Assembly: GCA_031372065.1 (NCBI GenBank)
Contig: JANMKN010000266.1
Coordinates: 1-10,214 of the forward strand
Length of the DNA: 10,214 nt
Source of the DNA: Abditibacteriaceae bacterium
GTDB taxonomy: Bacteria > Armatimonadota > Abditibacteriia > Abditibacteriales > Abditibacteriaceae
Direction of reading: 5' to 3'
Position 1 is the first letter of the stretch. Each line of letters starts with the position of its first letter. A model generated the notes under the pieces. The model made no database searches. It was not told the DNA's origin and saw only the letters and a list, made by a program, of their open reading frames with translations. Of the stretch, positions 1 to 6,175 are shown piece by piece. Both the position numbers and the translations under genes were made by a program.

Positions 1-1
1 G

Positions 2-232
2 CTCTTGCGCTTGACTCATGGCAAGCGGCAACTGGACGCAAAGTTGAAAGTGGCAACTGAATTACGCGACGAGAAAATGATTGCCAAATTCACGAAAATG
101 ATTGGAGAAAAGAATCTTCAAATCAAGGTTTCGGAAACCACACTCGCCGCCACAGCCGAGGCCTTCAAAGAGGCATTTCCCGATGAGGACTTAAAAGTTC
201 TTGTGCAAAATCAGCAACAGGCGCCGTATTAA
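2..232 (+). CDS. Hypothetical protein, 5'-truncated; charged, likely alpha-helical/coiled-coil
   Basis: The frame is open from position 2 to TAA 230-232 and has a K/E/L/A-rich helical pattern (KRQLDAKLKVATELRDEKMIAKFTKMIGEKNLQIKVSE). It is co-oriented with the operon, and the true start probably lies upstream of the window. Confidence 0.65.
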   Translation, partial: LLRLTHGKRQLDAKLKVATELRDEKMIAKFTKMIGEKNLQIKVSETTLAATAEAFKEAFPDEDLKVLVQNQQQAPY

Positions 233-267
233 GTCGCCGTGAAAACCGCCCTTCGTCTTGCCTTTGC

Positions 268-272
268 GAGGT
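268..272 (+). promoter_or_regulatory. Shine-Dalgarno site for the CDS at 279
   Basis: GAGGT lies 6 nt upstream of ATG 279. Confidence 0.7.
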
Positions 273-278
273 TAAACC

Positions 279-1826
279 ATGCCCGATTTCTACGACATTC
301 CTTACAACATCTCTGAACTTGACGATGCAGACATTTTCGCGCCTGCCGTGGGCGATATGTTGATCTACAGCGCGGAAAATAAATGGCGGAATGTCGAAAC
401 CGGCGATTCCGGTCAGGTTTGGACAGCGCAAGGGCAAGGCGAAGAACCCGGTTGGGCCACGATCAACACAACAGAAATTGCCAACGCGGGCGGGCGTGTT
501 TTGGTAAATGGCAGTGGCGGCATTACGTTGACACCGGCCAGCGGGCAGAGCATTGTTCTTGGCGGCGGTTGGTATATAAATCAATACAACCATCTACGTT
601 CCGACGTTTCGGCGTCGCTACTTACGTCAGGTGGTGCTTATGTTGGTTACGTCCAAGCGGGTATTAACGGCATAGAATCAAACCCTTCGTCCGGTGCCGT
701 CGGTCTAAAAATCAACCTCGCAGCATCTCAAACCGCGAGCGGCATAGAGCAAAAGGATTCTTCTGGTGCTGTGAATTTTGCAGTTAGCAATGTAGGTAGC
801 GTTACAACAACAGCACTTGTCACAGAAAACGTGCTGGCCTTGAATGGTGGACAAGCACTCTATATTCCTTCTGATGGTTCGTATATCCAAGCTGGAACAA
901 GCATCATGCCATTTTTTGCTGCCAAAGGTGGTTTTGGCAGGCTGCCAAGCGCGGAAGTTGTAGCTATCAAAAACTATGTCACAACGTCGGCAAATTTGCG
1001 AATCGAACTCGCTTCCGGGCAGACCGCGAGCGGCATAGAGCAGCGCACGTTTGCTGATGTTGTGAATTTCAGAGTTGATAATACCGGCGCTGCTTATGCC
1101 TCAGCTTACTGTTTTGGCGCGGGCACTTTGGAAACGATTCTCGCTTCTGTAGGTGGGGGACAGATACGGCTCACCAATGCTTCATATTCTGGAATAAACA
1201 CGTTTCTGAATTTTGGCAACAGCGTGGGGATTGGTTACGATTCAAGTGATGGACTAAGAGTTACTGATGGTGGTTCCGGTTACAATGCTATTCGCGCAGC
1301 CCAGTTTGAAACTTATGACCTTCTTGGTTCGCCTACTGCCGTTATTGCCAGAAGCGGCATTTTTTATGGAGTAGGCGCGGCGCTTGCAGGCAACCTATCT
1401 GCTGCTGCTGGCGCGTTCGGCACAGCTTACCCTCTTGAGGTTGGCGGCAATGCAGAAGGCGGTAGTTTTGTCGGTAATGCGACGTTTGGAACTTACATCC
1501 ATTTTGCAACTGGTGGACGAGTCTTGTTCGGAACTACCGCGACGGGCGCAAGTGGTTATGACAATAACATATCGTTAGGCCGCTCTGATTTTCGGCTCAG
1601 TGAGGTTCATTCAAATAATTTTTATGGAACTGCTGGCGCGTTTAGCGGCGGAATCACAACAGGAAACTACTCCTACCTTACCGCGCCTGCTGCTGCGCCG
1701 CTTGATGGAAATTTGGCTTTGGGCCAAATGGCGCATTGGCATGATGAATCGAATCATAAAATTGTCTTTCGCGTGCGCCGCAGCGACGGTGTTTATGAAA
1801 ATGGAGAGGTGCCATTGTCACCATGA
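279..1826 (+). CDS. Putative phage tail fibre / receptor-binding fibre protein (515 aa)
   Basis: The N-terminal ISELDDADIFAPAVGDMLIY...KWRN and GQVWTAQGQGEEPGW segments resemble LxDV-x-P-x-GxxLxY-x-WxN and GQVL-x-G-x-PxW motifs common in phage fibres. The body is G/A/S/T/N-rich with repeats. DNNISLGRSDFRLSEVH resembles the DNxxxLG-x-R(W/F) fibre motif. It has an SD and ends in TGA overlapping the next ATG. Confidence 0.7.
   Translation: MPDFYDIPYNISELDDADIFAPAVGDMLIYSAENKWRNVETGDSGQVWTAQGQGEEPGWATINTTEIANAGGRVLVNGSGGITLTPASGQSIVLGGGWYINQYNHLRSDVSASLLTSGGAYVGYVQAGINGIESNPSSGAVGLKINLAASQTASGIEQKDSSGAVNFAVSNVGSVTTTALVTENVLALNGGQALYIPSDGSYIQAGTSIMPFFAAKGGFGRLPSAEVVAIKNYVTTSANLRIELASGQTASGIEQRTFADVVNFRVDNTGAAYASAYCFGAGTLETILASVGGGQIRLTNASYSGINTFLNFGNSVGIGYDSSDGLRVTDGGSGYNAIRAAQFETYDLLGSPTAVIARSGIFYGVGAALAGNLSAAAGAFGTAYPLEVGGNAEGGSFVGNATFGTYIHFATGGRVLFGTTATGASGYDNNISLGRSDFRLSEVHSNNFYGTAGAFSGGITTGNYSYLTAPAAAPLDGNLALGQMAHWHDESNHKIVFRVRRSDGVYENGEVPLSP
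705..1088 (+). repeat. Intragenic direct repeat in the fibre gene: 705-797 vs 996-1088 (period 291 nt = 97 aa)
   Basis: LKINLAASQTASGIEQKDSSGAVNFAVSNVG aligns with LRIELASGQTASGIEQRTFADVVNFRVDNTG. The exact 20-mer ACCGCGAGCGGCATAGAGCA occurs at 732-751 and 1023-1042, and TGTGAATTT occurs at 770-778 and 1061-1069 at the same offset. Confidence 0.9.
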
Positions 1827-2494
1827 GCTATTTGAAAATTCTTACACTGGCCTTGCGTTATGATGATTTGAATTTGTCTGCGCAACTCAAAAACAGCGTT
1901 GGCGCGAGTATTGGCGCAGCAATAACCGAAATGATTGAAGTTAGCGATGAGCCAGACGGCAGTAGCTATTTCATTCGCAAGGAAGACGGCGATTATCAAC
2001 TGAATCTGACTTTGGATGACAGCTTTCAGGGTTGTGTGAAAGTTGCAAATGTGGACACCGGGCGCAGCTATGGTGAAGTAGCTATCAATCTACCGCTTCT
2101 CACCACAGAGCAAGTCGAAACTTTGAACCTCGCCGCAGAGCGATTAGTTGCAGTTCCCGGCGCACCAGAAACGCCCGTTTTCATCATTCCCGAACCCGAC
2201 ACGCCCGGACTGGTAAATGTGCTGTGCCGTGCGGGTTCGTTTGGTCTGCCCAAAGACGGCACCACTTTTGGCCTTGAGTTCGCCATCCCTACGGAATTCG
2301 TCGGCGATGAATATCAAGTCTTGCAACGCAAAACCGGCACCACCAGCGATGGCGAGTGCTTAATTGCCGTTTATCCGCTGCGTTCGTATCATGTGTGGGC
2401 AGGGCCAAAGAAACTCGGCACCGTGACCGTGCCTGCCAATGGCGGCGTGCTAAAAGAAGTGAGCGGCACTTTGACCATTGAGGAGGCGGTGTAA
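1823..2494 (+). CDS. Hypothetical protein (223 aa), probably virion-associated; two beta-rich halves joined by a Pro-rich linker
   Basis: It has an ATGA overlap with the upstream stop, GAGGTG at 1806-1811, and the linker VPGAPETPVFIIPEPDTPG. I do not recognise a family. Confidence 0.7.
   Translation: MSYLKILTLALRYDDLNLSAQLKNSVGASIGAAITEMIEVSDEPDGSSYFIRKEDGDYQLNLTLDDSFQGCVKVANVDTGRSYGEVAINLPLLTTEQVETLNLAAERLVAVPGAPETPVFIIPEPDTPGLVNVLCRAGSFGLPKDGTTFGLEFAIPTEFVGDEYQVLQRKTGTTSDGECLIAVYPLRSYHVWAGPKKLGTVTVPANGGVLKEVSGTLTIEEAV
2480..2486 (+). promoter_or_regulatory. Strong Shine-Dalgarno GAGGAGG, 8 nt before in-frame ATC 2495
   Basis: The sequence reads ...ATT GAGGAGG CGGTGTAA ATC CCA.... No SD-like motif precedes ATG 2555. 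Confidence 0.65.
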
Positions 2495-5425
2495 ATCCCA
2501 CTTCCTCTTCTTCACTACGAACTCCTCCACCACGCGCCGTCCAACGCCGCGCAAATGTGGATGGAAAGTTTTCGCTTTGCGGGCAAAAACTACGCGGGTG
2601 TGCAAACCAGCGATTTCACAGCAACGGAGCTGTCATGGGACAACGGCGATCCGGCCTATGCGCCCCCTTACAGCGTCGCAGCGCGCGCCATTCCCACGCG
2701 TGGCTATGGCCGCTGGATTGGGCCGGGCACCAATCATTTGCGGCCCGGCGAAATGAACGTCATTGCCTTGGACGAATCAGTTGTCGCATTAGAAAAAGCA
2801 GGTCACGATGAACTGGCACGAGTCACTGAATCTCCTGTCGAAGGCGCGCTTTTGCGCGCATCATGGACGCGCTTTAATCCCGGTTCGTCTGCGTCTTTGG
2901 CTGGCAATCTGCATTTGATTTTGCAGGACGCACTCAGCGGCGCACTTTTGCTCGAAGAAACCGAATTGGATTATCGCGCGCTTTTTTATGATTTGCCTGC
3001 CCTCAGCCAAGACGCTGTTTTGTGGCTGCGCTACGACAACCTTACGCGCGGTTGGGCTTTGCCGCCCGACTATCTGAGCGTGCGTGGTTTTTCCAGCGTG
3101 CCCGACAAGTTCAAATACAGCGAAGACGGCGTGAATTATGTTTGGGATTACGAGGCTGATGTCGGCAGGCGTCCAAGCAACACCGCTCATCCCTTCTACG
3201 CGCTCGAACATGAGGCGTTTTTAGCAGGTCAATTGGTGCATCGCGGCGCGTGGACACAATACATCGTGGACGGCACGACGCAAGGCGGCTCGTGGTCGGC
3301 CTTGCGCCTCAAAATCGGTGCGGGCGGTTTTGTGGTTGGCCCCAACTTTCAACCGGCGCCCGGCGCGGTTTTGTATGAATTGACGGGTGAGAATACGCGC
3401 ATCCCGGTTTTGGTTGACCCCCTGGCCCTCTCGGTTTCGGCTGTGCCGGAGCGCACGCCACTGCGGTTTGGTGACAACGCTGGAAAGTGCCGTTTGGGTG
3501 GCACGATTGCGGCGCGCAGTGGGCCACTCACCGCTTATTGGGATTTTCACCCCGACACGCCAGTAAATAACCTGTGTGCCGCGCTTTTAGGAGTCAGCGA
3601 CTATAATTTCGTGAACGCCTGCGAAGCGAGTTTATATCCCATTGTCAGCGACATTTTGGAACTTGCGCCCGAATTACCAGAAACACGATCCACCGAATTG
3701 GTTTTAACGCACGCTTTTTTGCATGAATACCTGCCCGATGCCAGTGAAGTAACCGAAGCTTTGCCCGGTTTGCCGCGCGCGACGAAAGGGCATCCGGGCG
3801 GGCGCTGCATTCGCAAAGACGGCAATAAAATTCGCTTTTTCACAGAGTATTTCGGCAACATCGGCGCAAGAGGCGGCAATAAGTTCGCCTCGTTTTACAA
3901 TGCGATGCGCGAAATTGATGCCTATCAGCAAGTGCGCGGCGGCACCGGCACAGCCTTTCATGGCGACAATTGCGCGGAGCTGTGCTGGAACTCACTGTAT
4001 GGATGGGCGCAGGATAAACCGTTCGGCTATCCTGCGGCCAAACAATATCTGGCGGTGATGAAAAGCGGCGCTTGGGACGACAGCGGCATGGCGCCTTTTG
4101 ATGCCGACAGCTATTTGTGGCAACGCTTGCGCGCACTGGAAACAGAGGAAGGCATTCGCCTACTGGCAGCAGGCAAGGCTGCCAATAGCGAAAAACCTTT
4201 GTGGGGAGTGAGTGATGGCACGCATTTTCGCGACGCGTGGCTGCCGTTTCGAGCGCGGCGTTTGACGCGCGTCACAGATGAAAACGGCGAGGAGTGGCTT
4301 TACGCCGTCGGACGTTTTGTAACGCAGGCCGAAGACGGTTTGTATGATGTGGCTAACCGCTGGAGCGTCATTCGGATCAGCGGAGATTGGGTGAAATCGT
4401 GCGCCGAATGGGACGCAGGGTTCGGCGAGGAGGGCGCGTTTACCTTAGACCTTGCCGCTGCCGAAAATGCTGGAACAGACGTTGAAAAACTGCCCGCGTA
4501 TTTGTGGTGGATTGTGGATGCCACGCAACCGGCAGGTGGCTACTGGGTTCGCGGTGAGGCAGTGCCCACAGGCGAGCGCGTGTATTTGGTTTTGTCGGTT
4601 GATGAAAGTTTGATCTCTTACGCGCCGCCCTCTGGCATGAAGTTGCCCTATGACCCTCTGGTGTGGTGCGGGTTTTGTTTCACGGTCTATCAAGATGGCG
4701 GCATTGGCAATGATTATTGGCCGCCCTTGCCGTGCTGCGAGGATGCCGGCTGCGTGGTTGAGCCGCCGCCACCACCGCCCCCTTCCGACATTTGCGTGTT
4801 CTGGGACAATGATTTGCGCCGCTTCGCCGTGCCGCTTTCCGAAGCGATGACAGCCGGTTTCGACGAAGAGGATTTTTCGCCCTTTTTGATTTGGGTTGAA
4901 GATGCCTCCTACCAAACCGGCGGCTACTGGGAAAACGCGCTCAGTGCGCCACTGGATGAGACGCCTTATTTGGAACTTGGCCTCGAAGACGATTTGATTA
5001 TCTACGCCGGCGGCGAAGGTGTCGTTTTGCCCTACGAGCCGCTGATGTTCGACAAGGTTTGTTTTGAAATCGGCGGTAGCGTTCTGCCACCACAGCCAAG
5101 CACGATTTACTATCTGGTCGAACAAAAAGAAATCGAAGTCCAAACCGGCGGGCCGTGGGCGACAATTCAGGTCAGCGACACCACGCCGGTGGATGCCTAC
5201 CATGGCCTTCGCCAGTTGCGCATGATCGGGCAATTCATTCCTAATTTGTGGATGCGCATTGATAGCGACGAAGCGCCAGACGATTTATCCACCTACACCA
5301 TCCGCGTGCCGTGGAATGAGCCATTTTTCTTGCCGCGCGAGGCCCGCAGCAAAATTGAAGTCGTGGCGCTGTATGTGGGAAGCATCGGCGCCGAGCCGGT
5401 TTTTGAAACAGTGAGAATCAATTAA
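2495..5425 (+). CDS. Large hypothetical, probably virion structural/tail-associated protein (976 aa from ATC 2495; 956 aa from first ATG 2555) with a duplicated C-terminal domain
   Basis: This is a long uninterrupted ORF, open from 2495 and ending in tandem stops TAA TGA. It is Trp/Gly/Pro/Asp-rich with a P7 linker and two homologous ~95-aa modules, and has no obvious signal peptide. The start position and function are uncertain. Confidence 0.7.
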   Translation: MPLPLLHYELLHHAPSNAAQMWMESFRFAGKNYAGVQTSDFTATELSWDNGDPAYAPPYSVAARAIPTRGYGRWIGPGTNHLRPGEMNVIALDESVVALEKAGHDELARVTESPVEGALLRASWTRFNPGSSASLAGNLHLILQDALSGALLLEETELDYRALFYDLPALSQDAVLWLRYDNLTRGWALPPDYLSVRGFSSVPDKFKYSEDGVNYVWDYEADVGRRPSNTAHPFYALEHEAFLAGQLVHRGAWTQYIVDGTTQGGSWSALRLKIGAGGFVVGPNFQPAPGAVLYELTGENTRIPVLVDPLALSVSAVPERTPLRFGDNAGKCRLGGTIAARSGPLTAYWDFHPDTPVNNLCAALLGVSDYNFVNACEASLYPIVSDILELAPELPETRSTELVLTHAFLHEYLPDASEVTEALPGLPRATKGHPGGRCIRKDGNKIRFFTEYFGNIGARGGNKFASFYNAMREIDAYQQVRGGTGTAFHGDNCAELCWNSLYGWAQDKPFGYPAAKQYLAVMKSGAWDDSGMAPFDADSYLWQRLRALETEEGIRLLAAGKAANSEKPLWGVSDGTHFRDAWLPFRARRLTRVTDENGEEWLYAVGRFVTQAEDGLYDVANRWSVIRISGDWVKSCAEWDAGFGEEGAFTLDLAAAENAGTDVEKLPAYLWWIVDATQPAGGYWVRGEAVPTGERVYLVLSVDESLISYAPPSGMKLPYDPLVWCGFCFTVYQDGGIGNDYWPPLPCCEDAGCVVEPPPPPPPSDICVFWDNDLRRFAVPLSEAMTAGFDEEDFSPFLIWVEDASYQTGGYWENALSAPLDETPYLELGLEDDLIIYAGGEGVVLPYEPLMFDKVCFEIGGSVLPPQPSTIYYLVEQKEIEVQTGGPWATIQVSDTTPVDAYHGLRQLRMIGQFIPNLWMRIDSDEAPDDLSTYTIRVPWNEPFFLPREARSKIEVVALYVGSIGAEPVFETVRIN
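4400..5071 (+). repeat. Tandemly duplicated protein domain: 4400-4687 (96 aa) and 4793-5071 (93 aa), with a Cys/Pro linker containing Pro7 at 4763-4783
   Basis: Both copies share CxxWD...F...L..A..AG.D.E.....L.W..DA....GGYW......P..E..YL.L.....LI.YA...G..LPY.PL.....CF, roughly one third identity by manual alignment. Confidence 0.85.
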
Positions 5426-5441
5426 TGATTTTCAAGGAGTC

Positions 5442-6173
5442 ATGATGCAGGGAGAATCAATGCAGGGAGTGCTTTATCTGGCTGTGGAGTCGCCACACGT
5501 TTATGTGGAATGTTTGTGCAGCCTGTTGTCGCTGCGTTCGCCCCAACATGGCGCCTACAAGGGATCAATCACCGTGATTACCGATAATCAAATGATGGCG
5601 AACAGGGCAGCGTGTTTGTGCAACGCCCAATCCCACATAGTGCCGCCTTGGTGGGACAATGACTTCCCGCCCGAAGCTCTCAAAAGTCGCTCCCTTAAAA
5701 CGAGCTTATGCAATCATCTCAATTTCGCCACCTACACGACTGCGCTGTTTCTGGATAGCGACACGTTGCTGGCGCAGCCCATTCAACCCTTGTTCGACTG
5801 GTTTGAAAATCAAGGCGCCGATTTAGCCGCATTGCCGTATTATCGAATCGCCGGTGACGCTGGATATGGGTGGAATACCGGCGTGTTGTTGTGGCGCCAC
5901 GACGAACGCATAAAAGATTTCTTCGGCGAATGGAACCGGCAATGGCACGCCGATGGTTATGGCCGCGACGAGGCCGCTTTCTGGCGTGCCCAAGATAAAA
6001 CGGACACGCGCATCGCGGACTTGCCCAGCGTTTTCAATTGGCCTGACAACGAGCGGCGTAATGACACTATTGTGCGCCATACATGGCCGGATAAAAGCGG
6101 TGCCCTTTCCGCTCTGTTCGGCCCCTTTTACCACACAATGTGTCAGCGCTTTGGTGTTGAAAGCGAGGTGTAA
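5442..6173 (+). CDS. GT-A fold glycosyltransferase, GT8-like / nucleotide-diphospho-sugar transferase (243 aa)
   Basis: It carries ITVITD, the DxD motif FLDSDT (5754-5762), WNTGVLLW, DEAAF and LPSVFNW...IVRH in the order typical of GT8-like enzymes. AAGGAG at 5434-5439 is the SD, and alternative starts exist at 5445 and 5460. Confidence 0.8.
   Translation: MMQGESMQGVLYLAVESPHVYVECLCSLLSLRSPQHGAYKGSITVITDNQMMANRAACLCNAQSHIVPPWWDNDFPPEALKSRSLKTSLCNHLNFATYTTALFLDSDTLLAQPIQPLFDWFENQGADLAALPYYRIAGDAGYGWNTGVLLWRHDERIKDFFGEWNRQWHADGYGRDEAAFWRAQDKTDTRIADLPSVFNWPDNERRNDTIVRHTWPDKSGALSALFGPFYHTMCQRFGVESEV
6165..6170 (+). promoter_or_regulatory. Shine-Dalgarno GAGGTG for ATG 6176
   Basis: The sequence reads GAGGTG-TAATC-ATG. 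ATG 6176 is in frame with the 6278-8023 ORF, whose own ATG lacks an SD. Confidence 0.65.
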
Positions 6174-6175
6174 TC

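Noticed and set aside
233..278. Possible terminator or regulatory hairpin in the 46-nt intergenic gap (CTTGC-CTTT-GCGAG)
   Set aside because: It is only a 5-bp stem with a G-U pair and no U-tract, which is too weak to call, although it overlaps the SD.
705..1088. Diversity-generating retroelement template/variable repeat (TR/VR) pair
   Set aside because: The mismatches between the copies are not confined to adenines, both copies are mid-gene and in frame, and no reverse transcriptase is in the window.
1555..1826. Peptidase S74 intramolecular chaperone at the fibre C-terminus
   Set aside because: The DNxxxLG motif is present, but no SDxRxK cleavage signature or long coiled-coil chaperone domain follows it.
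4445..5233. 262-aa minus-strand ORF
   Set aside because: It is an antisense shadow of the large + strand gene, which carries clear protein-level repeats, and it has no recognisable motifs.
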